From an uncultured Planctomycetota bacterium (GTDB taxonomy: Bacteria; Planctomycetota; Planctomycetia; Pirellulales; Lacipirellulaceae), in contig CAVRBU010000002.1 of assembly GCA_963719315.1 (NCBI GenBank), positions 928,001 through 992,000 on the forward strand: a stretch of 64,000 bases of DNA, given 5' to 3'. The translations under genes were made by a program, and so were the position numbers. The notes beneath the pieces were generated by a model. It was not told the DNA's origin. It searched no databases and saw nothing but the letters and a program-made list of their open reading frames with translations. This document shows positions 52,405 through 62,768 of the stretch, piece by piece (the stretch's first letter is position 1; each line of letters opens with the position of its first letter).

Positions 52405-53610
52405 CTACGTATGATAATCTGCGTTCAACCGAACGTACTCCGCAGTGAGATCCGTCGTCCAAAACCGGGCGGCTGATTTTCCTTCTTCCAGAATGAGCAC
52501 GATGCTCGTGTCACGATCGGCGGCGATTGATTTCGAAGTCGCTTCGGCGTCGAAATCGACGGGCGCGCCCCGCTCGTAGAGCAACAGGCCGTTGAGGTAG
52601 AGCGTCACCTTCGACGGATCGAATTGGACGCCCGCGTAACCTGCGGCCGAAACGACGCGGCCCCAGTTGGGATCGGCGCCGGCGATGGCCGTTTTTACGA
52701 GCGGGCTGTCGGCGATCGTCTTGCTGATCTTGAGCGCTTCGGCCCGCGACCGGCAACCGTGGACTTCGACGGTGATGAGGTGCGTGGCGCCTTCGCCGTC
52801 GGCGGGGATGGATTGGGCGAGGTCTTCGCAGACTTCGAGCAATGTCGCGCGAAAATCGTCGAGGGCTTTGCCGGAGAGCGGGGTTGGCGCGGAGTCTGCA
52901 AAGGCGGCGCCGTTGGCGAGGAGAATCACCGTGTCGTTCGTGCTCATATGCCCGTCCACGCTGATGCAATGGAACGATTCGTCGACCGCATCGACGAGTG
53001 CCGCCTGGGCGTCTTGCTTCCGCAGGCAGGCGTCGGTCATGACGAGCGCGAGCATCGTGGCCATGTTGGGGCCGATCATCGCGGCCCCCTTCGCCATGCC
53101 GGTGACCCGCGTGGGGACGCCGCCGATCATGACCTCTCGGCCGCGCAGCTTGGGCACGGTATCGGTCGTCATAATTCCGCGGGCGGCGTTTTCGAGCGAT
53201 TGTTCATCGTCGCCCAGTTTTTGGGCGGCGGCCTGGATGCCGGCGTGAATTTTTTCCATCGGCAGCATCGAGCCGATGACGCCAGTGGACATCACAAGCG
53301 CCTGCTCCGGTCGGGCACCGACGGCTTCAGCCGCCCAGGCCGCCATCTGCCGCGCGTCGGCATCGCCTTGATCGCCAGTGCAGGCGTTGGCCACGCCCGA
53401 GTTAATCGCCACAACGCGAATCGAATCGCCGGGAGTCCGCTCGCGATCGATCTTCACCGGCGCGGCGCACACTAGGTTTTTGGTGTACACACCGGCAGCG
53501 ACGGCCGGTCGGTCGGTGACGACAAGCGACAGATCGAGCTTCGTATCGCTTCGCTTGACGCCAGAATAAACGCCGGCGGCACGGAAACCGTGGGGAAGAC
53601 GAAGGGGCAT
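52405..53610 (-). CDS. argJ: Bifunctional ornithine acetyltransferase/N-acetylglutamate synthase
   Basis: NSGVANACTG, STGVIG, IMTTDT, KGAAMIGPNMATML, STNDT, DGEGAT, DPNWGR, NADYHT. Confidence 0.96.
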   Translation of the reverse strand: MPLRLPHGFRAAGVYSGVKRSDTKLDLSLVVTDRPAVAAGVYTKNLVCAAPVKIDRERTPGDSIRVVAINSGVANACTGDQGDADARQMAAWAAEAVGARPEQALVMSTGVIGSMLPMEKIHAGIQAAAQKLGDDEQSLENAARGIMTTDTVPKLRGREVMIGGVPTRVTGMAKGAAMIGPNMATMLALVMTDACLRKQDAQAALVDAVDESFHCISVDGHMSTNDTVILLANGAAFADSAPTPLSGKALDDFRATLLEVCEDLAQSIPADGEGATHLITVEVHGCRSRAEALKISKTIADSPLVKTAIAGADPNWGRVVSAAGYAGVQFDPSKVTLYLNGLLLYERGAPVDFDAEATSKSIAADRDTSIVLILEEGKSAARFWTTDLTAEYVRLNADYHT

Positions 53611-53612
53611 CG

Positions 53613-53647
53613 CGGATTCCGGATTTCGGATTTCGGGTTGCGGATTC
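53613..53647. repeat. Five tandem 7-mers (cggattY) in the argC-argJ junction
   Basis: cggattc cggattt cggattt cgggttg cggattc. Confidence 0.75.
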
Positions 53648-53649
53648 AA

Positions 53650-54660
53650 TTACAGCAGTGCAGTCGTTTCGGGGAAGCCGAGCATTAAGTTGAAGTTCTG
53701 CACGGCCGCGCCGGAGGCGCCTTTTATGAGATTGTCGATCGCGCTGATTACCACGACGCGGCCGCGGACGGTGCGGACCGCGATGTCGCAGAAGTTGGTG
53801 CCGCTCACGTGCTTCGTGGCCGGCAGCGACTGCGACAAGCGGACAAATGGCTCGCCGACGTAAAAATCCTGGAGCACACCGAGCAGCGATTTTTCGTTGA
53901 ATTCGCCGGTGGGTTCGGCGTAGCAGGTCGAGAGGATGCCGCGATCCATCGGGATGAGATGCGGCGTGAACACGACCTGCACGTTGGTGGCTGCCACGTC
54001 CGAGAGCACCTGGTCGATTTCCGGCATATGCCGATGTGTGCCGACGCCATAGGCCGAGACGCTTTCGTTGCATTCTGGAAAGTGGAACGCCGGTTTTGGC
54101 TCGCGACCGCCGCCGCTTACGCCGCTTTTACTATCCACAATGATGCCCTGCGGCAGGATGGCGCCGGCCCGCAGCAATGGTGCAAGCGCTAGGATTGCGG
54201 AAGTTGGATAACAACCGGGGTTGGCCACAAGGGACGCCGTTTGAATTCGTTCGCGATAGATTTCCGGAAGACCGTAGACGGTTTCCGGCATCCGCAGGGG
54301 GTCGGGGTGGTCGACCGCGTACCACTGTTTGTATTCGGCGGGGTTGTTCAATCGGTAATCGGCACTGAGGTCGATCACCTTTTTGCCACGCGGCAAGAGA
54401 TCGACGACTGCGGCTGCGCTGGCCCCGTGCGGCAGGCAACAGAAGACGCAATCGGCTCGCTCAGCCACTTGGGCGGGCGAGATGTTTTCGAGCGCGAGAT
54501 CGAGCCGGCCGGCGAGTGCTGGATGTACTTCGCCCACGGGCCGCGCGTCGGTTTGGCGCGTGGTGAGCGCAGTGATGTTTACTTCCGGATGGCGCAGCAG
54601 GATCTTCAGCAACTCAAGCGCTGAATAACCGGATGCACCTAGAATGGCTACGCGAATCAT
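53650..54660 (-). CDS. argC: N-acetyl-gamma-glutamyl-phosphate reductase
   Basis: [44 protein letters not shown]. Confidence 0.96.
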   Translation of the reverse strand: MIRVAILGASGYSALELLKILLRHPEVNITALTTRQTDARPVGEVHPALAGRLDLALENISPAQVAERADCVFCCLPHGASAAAVVDLLPRGKKVIDLSADYRLNNPAEYKQWYAVDHPDPLRMPETVYGLPEIYRERIQTASLVANPGCYPTSAILALAPLLRAGAILPQGIIVDSKSGVSGGGREPKPAFHFPECNESVSAYGVGTHRHMPEIDQVLSDVAATNVQVVFTPHLIPMDRGILSTCYAEPTGEFNEKSLLGVLQDFYVGEPFVRLSQSLPATKHVSGTNFCDIAVRTVRGRVVVISAIDNLIKGASGAAVQNFNLMLGFPETTALL

Positions 54661-54700
54661 GTGAAAAACGACCCTACAAAGCATGACTGCCGCGTTTTTG

Positions 54701-54736
54701 ACATGCCCACGCCGCGGCGGCGAGGGCATGCCACCC
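54701..54736. repeat. REP-like palindrome (catgccc...gggcatgccaccc)
   Basis: Same family as 3952-4054. Confidence 0.55.
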
Positions 54737-54851
54737 TAGCGGTCATGCCACGCTTATGGCGGAACTTCGCATTGTAGCGGCAGCAGCACTAAATCGCCAT
54801 GCCACGAACGCCTTGCGAAGAGTGACAACCCGCGTTCAGATGGGGTTCGCC

Positions 54852-55550
54852 ATGCTCGAAATCCTCTACGACAACGGCCCGTGCCTAATGATCAACAAGC
54901 CTGCGGGCATCCTCACGCAAGCGCCCTCCGGCATCGATAGTTTGGAAGTGCAGGTGAAGGCGTTTTATCGCGAGCGGGAAGAGAAGGAAGGCAATATCTA
55001 CCTCGGCCTGCCGCATCGGTTGGATCGGCCCGTGTCGGGGGCGATCGTGTTCGCGCGGCATGTGCGGGCGGCGCAGCGGCTATCGGCACAGTTCGAGAAT
55101 CGCACGGTGACCAAAATTTATTGGGCGGTCGTGGAAGGGGACGTGCAGCCCGACGAAGACTTTTGGACCGATCATCTGCATAAACGGCACGGCATGCCGC
55201 TGTCGATCATTGTGCCAGCAGAAGACCCGCGTGGGAAAGTAGCGGTGATGCGGTACCGAGTGCTAGCCCGAGTTCCGAATGTGGGCACGTGGCTGGAGGT
55301 TGAACTTGAAACCGGCCGCACACACCAGATTCGTGTGCAAGCGGCGTCGCGCGGCCACGCCGTGCTCGGCGATGCCCAGTACGGATCAATGCGCTCGTTT
55401 GGCGAACAGTTCGAAGACGAGCGACTGCGGGCCATCGCCCTCCACGCCCGGCAGCTAGGCTTCAATCATCCGATGACAAACGAACCGGTGGACGTAATTG
55501 CCCCGACACCGCCGGCGTGGCAGACTCTTGACTTGTCTCGCACAGAATGA
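54852..55550 (+). CDS. RluA-family pseudouridine synthase
   Basis: INKPAG, HRLDRPVSG, LETGRTHQIRVQ, LGDAQYG, LHA. Confidence 0.93.
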   Translation: MLEILYDNGPCLMINKPAGILTQAPSGIDSLEVQVKAFYREREEKEGNIYLGLPHRLDRPVSGAIVFARHVRAAQRLSAQFENRTVTKIYWAVVEGDVQPDEDFWTDHLHKRHGMPLSIIVPAEDPRGKVAVMRYRVLARVPNVGTWLEVELETGRTHQIRVQAASRGHAVLGDAQYGSMRSFGEQFEDERLRAIALHARQLGFNHPMTNEPVDVIAPTPPAWQTLDLSRTE

Positions 55551-55574
55551 CCTCCGGTAAGATCGGCGGCAGGG

Positions 55575-55919
55575 CTACTCCTTCTTCTTCGCTGATTTCT
55601 TTTCAGTTTTGCCGCTATCCGTGGAAGTTGATTTCTCGGACGATGTGCTTTTCGTCTCCGACTTCGACTCGCTTTTGCCGTCGCTCTTCGATTCGCTTGC
55701 GGGTTTGTCCTTCTCGGCGCCTTTCTTGTAAGACTCGCTGCGGTAGTCGGTTTGGTAGAAGCCAGAGCCTTTGAAGACGACGGCTGCGCCGGTGCCGAAG
55801 AGGCGGCGAAGTTTCAACTTGCCGCATTTCGGGCATTTCTTCTGCACCGGCTCGGAGATCGACTGGAACAGCTCGAACGTGTGTCCGCAGGCGTCGCATT
55901 CGTAGTCGTAGGTAGGCAT
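55575..55919 (-). CDS. FmdB-family zinc ribbon protein
   Basis: MPTYDYECDACGH...CPKCG...FKGSGFYQTDY. Confidence 0.92.
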   Translation of the reverse strand: MPTYDYECDACGHTFELFQSISEPVQKKCPKCGKLKLRRLFGTGAAVVFKGSGFYQTDYRSESYKKGAEKDKPASESKSDGKSESKSETKSTSSEKSTSTDSGKTEKKSAKKKE

Positions 55920-55926
55920 GGGCGGA

Positions 55927-55958
55927 AGGGTACAGGGCACGGGATGCAGGGTGCAGGG
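55927..55958. repeat. Tandem 7-mers (agggtRc) in the grpE-fmdB junction
   Basis: agggtac agggcac gggatgc agggtgc aggg. Confidence 0.7.
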
Positions 55959-56006
55959 AAAACAATTCACAATCGAAAACTGGCCGCGAGCCTACGGCTC
56001 GCCGGG

Positions 56007-56561
56007 TCATGCGGCGCCGACCTCACCGGGTCCGCTGGAGACGATCACCTGTGCCGGTCGCACGACGCGGTCGTGCATTTGGTAACCCGTTTGAGCAACG
56101 AACATGACGTTGCCGGCGGGCACATCTGCCGAAGGCTGTTGCAGAATTGCCTGGTGGAAATTGGGGTCGAACACTTGACCCTCGGCATCCATCGGCTCGC
56201 ATTGGTGGCGGCTAAGGAGCGTGTGGAGTTGCTGCTTCACCAGCCGAAAACCTTCCAGCAGGTTTTCCGCCTCGCCGGCCCTTTCGGCGGCTTCGATCGC
56301 GCGGTCGATGTTGTCGACGACGGGGAGCAAATCACGCACGACTGGCAATGCCGCGTACTTGCGTTCGTCGGCAACTTCGCGCGACGTGCGATTGCGCAAG
56401 TTCTGCATCTCGGCTTGCAATCGCAGCAAGCGATCGTTGGCGTTGGCCAATTCATTGGCGACGTCCGCGGTTTCGCCGCTGCCGGCGGCGCTCATGTCGA
56501 GCGCGTCGGGTTCTTCCGCTTCGCCGTCGGACTTCATTCGTTGATCTTTGTTCGTGGGCAT
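56007..56561 (-). CDS. grpE: Nucleotide exchange factor GrpE
   Basis: LRLQAEMQN, LLPVVDNIDRA, FDPNFHQA, GYQMHDRVVRPAQV. Confidence 0.95.
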   Translation of the reverse strand: MPTNKDQRMKSDGEAEEPDALDMSAAGSGETADVANELANANDRLLRLQAEMQNLRNRTSREVADERKYAALPVVRDLLPVVDNIDRAIEAAERAGEAENLLEGFRLVKQQLHTLLSRHQCEPMDAEGQVFDPNFHQAILQQPSADVPAGNVMFVAQTGYQMHDRVVRPAQVIVSSGPGEVGAA

Positions 56562-56578
56562 AGTTAGCTCGCCTTCCG

Positions 56579-57709
56579 TTAGTCGGCCGGTTTCGGTTCC
56601 TCTTCGTCGGCAGTGAAATATTCTTTGAGTTTCGCGAAAAAGCTCTTCCGCTCGGGAGCCACGTTCTTGTGCTCCAACTCCGCAAGTTCACGCAGCAAAG
56701 TTTGTTCCTCTTTGCTGAGTTTTTTGGGCACTTCGATAATAACTTGCACGAGCAGGTCGCCGAGCCCTCGCCGGCGCGGGTCGGGCATGCCTTTGCCGCA
56801 AAGCTTGAAAACGGCCCCCGATTGCGTGCCGGCGGGAATTTCGACTTCGCCGCGGCCATCGAGCGTGGGGACTTCGAGAGTCGCTCCCAAGGCCGCCTGG
56901 GCGTAGGTTATCGGCACACGGCAGACCAGGTGTTGGCCGTCGCGCTCAAAGAGCGGATGCGCTAACACCGAGATGAAGCAGTAGCAATCGCCCGGCGGGC
57001 CACCGTTGGGGCTCGGCTCGCCTTCGCCGGTGATCCGGACGCGCATCTCGTCGTCAACGCCGGGTGGAATCTGAACTTCGGTGACGACTTTCTTGAGCAT
57101 CTGCCCGCTGCCGCGACAACTCGGGCAGGGGTGCTTGATCGTGGCGCCCTCGCCGTGGCAGGCGGGGCACGTGGTTTGAATCCGCACGATGCCGGCCGAC
57201 TGAATCACACGGCCTTGCCCGCGACAGTAGCTGCACACCTCGCGACGGCTGCCTTCGGCAGCGCCGCTGCCGTTGCATATGGTGCAGCGATCGTGGCGTT
57301 GAAACTCGACCGTTTTCGTGACTCCGGTCGCTGCTTCTTTCAGCGTGAGAGTCACGTCGCAGCGCACGTCGCGGCCCTTGTGAACGCGGCTTTTGCCGCG
57401 GCCGCTGAACAGGTCGCCGAACAGATCGCCGAAAGCGGAGAAAATGTCCTCGACATCGGTGAAGTGGTGCGCGCCGTACTGGCCATTCAAGCCGGCGTGA
57501 CCGAAGCGATCGTAGCGCGAGCGTTTGTCGGGATCGTTGAGGACTTCAAACGCTTCGGCGGCCTCCTTGAACCGATCGGTCGCTTCCTTGTCGCCGGGGT
57601 TGCGGTCGGGGTGATATTTTACGGCCAACTTACGATAGGCGCCGGCGATCTCGCCGTTGCTGGCGGATCGTGCGACGCCGAGGATTTCGTAGTAATCGCG
57701 CTGGGCCAT
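56579..57709 (-). CDS. dnaJ: Chaperone DnaJ
   Basis: DYYEILGV, HPD, four CxxCxGxG repeats, C-terminal domain. Confidence 0.96.
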   Translation of the reverse strand: MAQRDYYEILGVARSASNGEIAGAYRKLAVKYHPDRNPGDKEATDRFKEAAEAFEVLNDPDKRSRYDRFGHAGLNGQYGAHHFTDVEDIFSAFGDLFGDLFSGRGKSRVHKGRDVRCDVTLTLKEAATGVTKTVEFQRHDRCTICNGSGAAEGSRREVCSYCRGQGRVIQSAGIVRIQTTCPACHGEGATIKHPCPSCRGSGQMLKKVVTEVQIPPGVDDEMRVRITGEGEPSPNGGPPGDCYCFISVLAHPLFERDGQHLVCRVPITYAQAALGATLEVPTLDGRGEVEIPAGTQSGAVFKLCGKGMPDPRRRGLGDLLVQVIIEVPKKLSKEEQTLLRELAELEHKNVAPERKSFFAKLKEYFTADEEEPKPAD

Positions 57710-57715
57710 GTGAGA

Positions 57716-57794
57716 AATGACCAATGACCAAATCCCAAGGACCAATCGTCGGTCGCCGGGGCTTCGTTGGTCATTGGTGTTTGGTCAATGGTGC
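57716..57794. repeat. 7-mer tandem-repeat palindrome (aatgacc/ttggtca) upstream of dnaJ
   Basis: aatgacc aatgacc aaatccc aaggacc ... ttggtca ttggtgt ttggtca atggtgc. Confidence 0.75.
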
Positions 57795-57816
57795 TACTTG
57801 CACAATTCTATGCAAA

Positions 57817-57848
57817 CGGGCCACTTGCCCGAAGGCGAAGTGGCCCGC
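57817..57848 (-). terminator. GC-rich hairpin downstream of groEL (possible terminator or stabiliser)
   Basis: cgggccactt...aagtggcccg stem; U-tract short. Confidence 0.45.
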
Positions 57849-57910
57849 TTGCGGGTCTGGTGGGCCGGCGATGCGTAGCATCGCGGCTATGGGGTAAACC
57901 GGGATCGGCG

Positions 57911-59530
57911 TTATCGGACGCTGCCGATGACGGCTTTCTTGTTGTCGTCCTTCTTGTCGAAGTTTGTCACTAGGGCCTCGGTCGTGAGCATCAGGCTGGC
58001 GATGCTGGCGGCGTTGGCGAGGGCGGCTTTCACGACCTTCGTGGGGTCGAGGATGCCGGCCTTCATCATGTCGGCGTACTCGCCGGCGTTGGCGTCGTAC
58101 CCGATGTTCGTGCTTTTTTGGCTGACTTCGTCGGCGACGACGCTGCCACTTAAGCCGCAATTATCGGCGATCTGCTTGAGCGGAGCTTGGAGGACGCCGA
58201 GAATGATATCGACGCCGATTCGCTCGTCGCCCTTCGCGGCGGAGCGGACCTTTTCGACGGCTTCCTGGCAGCGGACGAGAGCAACGCCCCCGCCGGGCAG
58301 GATGCCTTCTTCGACGGCCGCCCGCGTTGCGTGGAGCGCGTCTTCGACGCGGGCCTTCTTCTGCTTCATGTCGGCCTCACTCGACGCGCCGACCGAGATG
58401 ATGGCCACGCCGCCGGTCAGCTTGGCAAGCCGCTCTTGGAGCTTCTCGCGGTCGTAGTCGCTGGTCGTGCCTTCGATCGCCTTGCGAATCTGCTCGATTC
58501 GTTTCTGCACGTCTTCGCGTTTACCAGCGCCTTGCACGATCGTGGCGTTGTCCTTGGTGACCGTGATCTTCTTCGCCCGGCCAAGTTCTTCGAGCGTGAT
58601 GTTCTCTAGCTTTTTGCCGAGATCCTCGCTGATGACGGTGCCGCCGGTGAGCGTGGCGATATCGGCCAACATCGCTTTGCGACGATCGCCGAAACCGGGC
58701 GCCTTCACGGCACAGACGTTGAGGATACCGCGGAGCTTGTTGACGACGAGCGCGGCCAGCGCCTCGCCTTCAACATCCTCGGAAATAATGAGTAGCGGTT
58801 TCGCCTTTTGGCTGGTTTGCTCCAGAATCGGCAACAGCTCGCGTAAATTGCTGATCTTTTTTTCATGGATCAGGATCAGCGCGTCCTCGAGTACGCATTC
58901 CATCGTCGCCGGTTGGTTGATGAAGTACGGCGACTGGTAGCCCTTGTCGAACTGCATGCCTTCGACGAGTTCCAGTGTGGTCTCGGTCGTCTTGCCCTCT
59001 TCGACGGTGATGACGCCGTCCTTACCAACCTTTTCCATCGCGTCGGCCAAAAGGTCGCCAATCACACGGTCATTATTCGCGCTGATCGCGCCGACGTGGG
59101 CGATTTCCTGCTTGCTGGTGACCTTCTTCGCCATTTTGTCGAGGTGCTCGGTGGCGGCCGCCACGGCCTTATCGATTCCGCGGCGGACGGCCATCGGGTT
59201 GCTGCCGGCCACGATGTTGCGCGTACCTTCGCGGAGGATGGCACGGGCGAGGACGGTGGCGGTCGTCGTGCCGTCGCCGGCAATCGTCGAGGTCTTGTCG
59301 GCCACTTCGTGCACGAGCTTCGCGCCCATGTTCTCGAACGGGTCTTCGAGCTCGATTTCCTTGCTGACGGTGACGCCGTCTTTGGTGACGGTCGGTCCGC
59401 CGAACGATTTGTTGATAATCACATTGCGGCCGCGCGGGCCGAGGGTGATGGCCACGGCGTCGGCCAATTTATCCACACCGGCAAGCATTTTGGCTCGGGC
59501 GGCGTCGTCGAACATCAATTGTTTTGCCAT
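57911..59530 (-). CDS. groEL: Chaperonin GroEL (paralog without GGM tail)
   Basis: [44 protein letters not shown]. Confidence 0.97.
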   Translation of the reverse strand: MAKQLMFDDAARAKMLAGVDKLADAVAITLGPRGRNVIINKSFGGPTVTKDGVTVSKEIELEDPFENMGAKLVHEVADKTSTIAGDGTTTATVLARAILREGTRNIVAGSNPMAVRRGIDKAVAAATEHLDKMAKKVTSKQEIAHVGAISANNDRVIGDLLADAMEKVGKDGVITVEEGKTTETTLELVEGMQFDKGYQSPYFINQPATMECVLEDALILIHEKKISNLRELLPILEQTSQKAKPLLIISEDVEGEALAALVVNKLRGILNVCAVKAPGFGDRRKAMLADIATLTGGTVISEDLGKKLENITLEELGRAKKITVTKDNATIVQGAGKREDVQKRIEQIRKAIEGTTSDYDREKLQERLAKLTGGVAIISVGASSEADMKQKKARVEDALHATRAAVEEGILPGGGVALVRCQEAVEKVRSAAKGDERIGVDIILGVLQAPLKQIADNCGLSGSVVADEVSQKSTNIGYDANAGEYADMMKAGILDPTKVVKAALANAASIASLMLTTEALVTNFDKKDDNKKAVIGSVR

Positions 59531-59565
59531 TTTGAATCCTGTTTAGAATGTCACCTATTTGTCTT

Positions 59566-59641
59566 GTCCGTGGTCCGTAGTCCGTAGTCCGTTGCAAAAA
59601 AAAATCTCAATGCAACGGACCACGGACTACGGACAACGGAC
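59566..59641. repeat. 7-mer tandem-repeat palindrome (gtccgtN/Nacggac) in the groES-groEL junction
   Basis: 31-bp arms with 2 mismatches, each made of four 7-mers. Confidence 0.85.
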
Positions 59642-59647
59642 CATCAA

Positions 59648-59947
59648 TTAGCTCACAACCTTCGCGAGAATATCCGTTTCCCGTAGGATCTTGTATTCGT
59701 CGCCGTTGATTTCGACTTCGGAGCCGCCGTACTTGCCGTAGATGACTTCGTCGCCGATTTTGACGCTGAGCTCACCGCGGCTGCCCGAGTCAAGCAACTT
59801 GCCGGGGCCGGTGGCTACGACTTTGCCGCGTTGCGGTTTCTCTTGCGCAGCATCTGGAAGCACGATGCCGCCGGCGGTCATCTCTTCCGCTTCGAGCGGT
59901 TCAACGACGACGCGATCATCCAATGGACGTAATTTGATTTTTGACAT
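59648..59947 (-). CDS. groES: Co-chaperonin GroES
   Basis: [32 protein letters not shown]. Confidence 0.97.
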   Translation of the reverse strand: MSKIKLRPLDDRVVVEPLEAEEMTAGGIVLPDAAQEKPQRGKVVATGPGKLLDSGSRGELSVKIGDEVIYGKYGGSEVEINGDEYKILRETDILAKVVS

Positions 59948-60028
59948 GTGATTTATCCTTTGTGCAGTACTTGTTCGTGTTGGTTGATATGTTGAGTCGA
60001 TTTAATGTCTTAAATGGCGGGCAGGCTG

Positions 60029-60087
60029 TTAGCTCTTAGCTATTAGTAGTTAGCCAGAAGGAATCAGTCTGCGAGCTAAAAGCTAAG
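60029..60087. repeat. 7-mer tandem-repeat palindrome (ttagcNN/agctaaN) in the groEL-groES junction
   Basis: ttagctc ttagcta ttagtag ttagcca ... agctaaa agctaag. Confidence 0.7.
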
Positions 60088-60106
60088 GGTTTATAACTCC
60101 CTGCTC

Positions 60107-61793
60107 CTACATCATTCCACCCATGCCGCCCATTCCTCCCATGCCACCGCCCATGCCTCCCATTCCACCGCCGTGGTCATGGTGATGGCCGCCGCCGGCT
60201 TCCTCTTCTTCCTTGGGAATCTCGGTGATCAGCGATTCGGTGGTGAGCAACAGAGCCGCGACGCTCGCCGCGTTTTGCAGCGCGGTGCGAACGACTTTCG
60301 CAGGATCAACGACGCCAGCCGCGACCAAGTCGCCGTACTCATCCTTGTCGGCGTCATAGCCCTCGTTCTTACCCTTTAGCTGTCGAACGCGGTTGACGAC
60401 CACTTGCCCATCGACGCCTGCGTTCTCGGCGATATACCGCAGCGGGCAGTGAAGCACATTGGCGACGATTTCGGCGCCGTGCTTTTCGTCGCCTTCGAGT
60501 TCGAGCTTTCGGGCGATCTTTTCGCACCGCAAGAGGGCCACACCGCCGCCGACCACGACGCCTTCTTCCAACGCTGCCGCGACGGCGGACTTGGCGTCAT
60601 CAAACAGCGCCTTCTTCTCCTTCATTTCGGATTCGGTCGCGGCGCCGACTTTGATCTGCGCCACGCCGCCGGCCAACTTGGCCAGGCGCTCTTGGAGCTT
60701 CTCGCGATCGTAGTCGCTGTCGGTATTTTCAATTTCCTTTCGGATCTGTTCGGCCCGACCGGTGATGGCGCTCTTGTCGCCGGCGCCGCTGATGATCGTG
60801 GTATTGTCGGAGCTGATGGTGATCTTCTTGGCTCGACCGAGGTCGGAAAGCTTAATGCCATCGAGCTTGATGCCGAGGTCTTTGAAGATGGCCGTCGCAC
60901 CAGTGAGCGTGGCGATGTCGCCGAGCATCGCCTTGCGGCGATCGCCGTATCCCGGGGCTTTCACGGCACAGACTTGCAGAATGCCGCGGAGTTTGTTGAC
61001 CACCAATGTGGCGAGCGCTTCACCTTCGACATCTTCGGCGATGATCAGAAGCGGCTTGCCGGCCTTGGAAACAGCTTCCAAGATCGGCACGAGGTTCTTC
61101 GCGGACGAAATTTTTTCCTCGTAAACGAGAATCAGGCAGTTCTCGAGCTCGACTTCTTGCTCGTCCTGATTGGTGACGAAATGCGGCGAAAGGAAGCCGC
61201 GGTCGAACTGCATGCCTTCGACGACTTCGACCGTCGTTTCGCTGCTGCGACCTTCATCGACGGTGATGACACCGTCTTTGCCGACTTTGGTGAATGCATC
61301 GGCGAGCACGTTGCCGATCGTCGTGTCGTTGTTGCCGGCGATGGCTGCGATCTGCTGCAGGCTTTTCTTGTCTTTGATATCGACCTTTTCGGCTTGCTTG
61401 CCGATCGCCTCGCTAACGGCTTCGACGGCCTTGTTGATGCCGCGGCTCAGGGCCATTGCATCGGCGCCGGCGGCGATCATCTTGAGGCCTTCGCGGAAGA
61501 TGCCTTCGGCGAGCACCGTGGCGGTCGTGGTGCCGTCGCCGGCGACATCGCCCGTCTTGCTGGCCGCTTCCTTCACGAGCTGCGCCGAGGTTTTCGAACG
61601 GGTCATCGAGTTCGATATCTTGAGCGACGGTGACGCCGTCTTTCGTTACCTTGGGCGAACCCCAGCCTTTATCGAGCACGGCATTTCGGCCGCGGGGGCC
61701 GAGCGTGCTGCGGACGGCACGGGCCAACTTCTCGACGCCGGCCGCCAAAGGAGCCCGAGCGTCATCTTCAAATACCATTTGTTTTGCTGCCAC
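60107..61793 (-). CDS. groEL: Chaperonin GroEL (His-rich plus GGM tail), frameshift near 61584
   Basis: GTG start with GGAGG; AAKQMVF...DPFENLG then AQLVKEAA in the other frame; tail [17 protein letters not shown]. Confidence 0.95.
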
Positions 61794-61930
61794 GCGTCAA
61801 TCCTCCGGTCATTCGTTTGTTGGACAATTTGGCAAGTCTTAGAAAGCGGGCCACGGCACGCCGCGATGTGTGCGGGTTTCGGCAGCGGCCGCCAAAATTG
61901 GCAGCGCACTGCGAAGTTCCGAAGTATTAC

Positions 61931-61945
61931 GCAAGCGGTGTGCCA
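61931..61945 (-). promoter_or_regulatory. Sigma54 (-24/-12) promoter of the chaperone operon
   Basis: TGGCACACCGCTTGC on the minus strand matches TGGCAC-N5-TTGC, about 140 nt upstream of groEL. Confidence 0.75.
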
Positions 61946-62138
61946 GGGATAGGGGGCGGGGCTTAAATGGCTGGTTGGGAAGAGGTTAGTGCGATTTGTA
62001 ATAAGGAAACGTCGACCTTGCCGCCTAGCGGCAGTGCCATATTGGCAGAGAAGTGCCCGTCCTTACGAAAAACGGGGCCAAGCGAAGCTTGGCCCCGTTT
62101 GGGGAATCGAATCAGAAGGCAATGCGCGTTAAGGCGAA

Positions 62139-62768
62139 TTATTCGGTCTTGGTTTTATTGCCGCCTTTTTTGAGTTGCGGCAGCTTGGCTACGAATTTCT
62201 CCGGATCCTTCTCGAAAGCGGCCGGGCAGTTCGGGCAGCAGAAGTAAACCTTCTGGCCCTTGTAGTCAACGGAGTTTGCCGGGTCGATTGGCTTGCCGCT
62301 CACCGGGCACTTGGTCTGGTGCGTGTAGCCCTTCTTCATCGCCGCGGCGCTGAAAGCCAACTTGAGCTTCGCATCGTCGGCGGCGGCATTGAACTTCGCC
62401 AGGCATTTTTCGCAGCAGAAGCCCACCTTGGCATTGCCCATTTCGACCATGTCTTCTTTATTCACCGGCTTGCCGGTAAGTGGGCAGGCAACCTGCACGA
62501 TTTGTCCGGTTTCGAGAAGTTCCCGATGAACCTTCAAGGCGAACTTCTTGGGATCTGCCTTGTACGCCTTGGGGCAATTATCGCAACAGAAATAAACCTT
62601 ATCGCCATTCTTCAGTTCGACGACATGACTTTCGCCTGCCGGCTTGCCCGAAACGGGGCAAGTAGCTTTGAATTCCTGCTTGTCCGACTTGGAGTCGGCA
62701 GCCGTCAGTCCTTTTGCGGCGAACAACAAGGCCAAACCGAGCGGGACGATCATCCAACGCGTTTTCAT
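62139..62768 (-). CDS. Secreted triple YHS/TRASH-like metal-binding protein
   Basis: Signal peptide; three CP(V/L)(S/T)GKP...FCCxxC repeats. Confidence 0.85.
   Translation of the reverse strand: MKTRWMIVPLGLALLFAAKGLTAADSKSDKQEFKATCPVSGKPAGESHVVELKNGDKVYFCCDNCPKAYKADPKKFALKVHRELLETGQIVQVACPLTGKPVNKEDMVEMGNAKVGFCCEKCLAKFNAAADDAKLKLAFSAAAMKKGYTHQTKCPVSGKPIDPANSVDYKGQKVYFCCPNCPAAFEKDPEKFVAKLPQLKKGGNKTKTE

Noticed and set aside
60107..61793. groEL, czcA and other split ORFs as true pseudogenes or programmed frameshifts
   Set aside because: Each has isolated indels with no other decay and no slippery heptamer; the shared GCGC context points to sequencing error.
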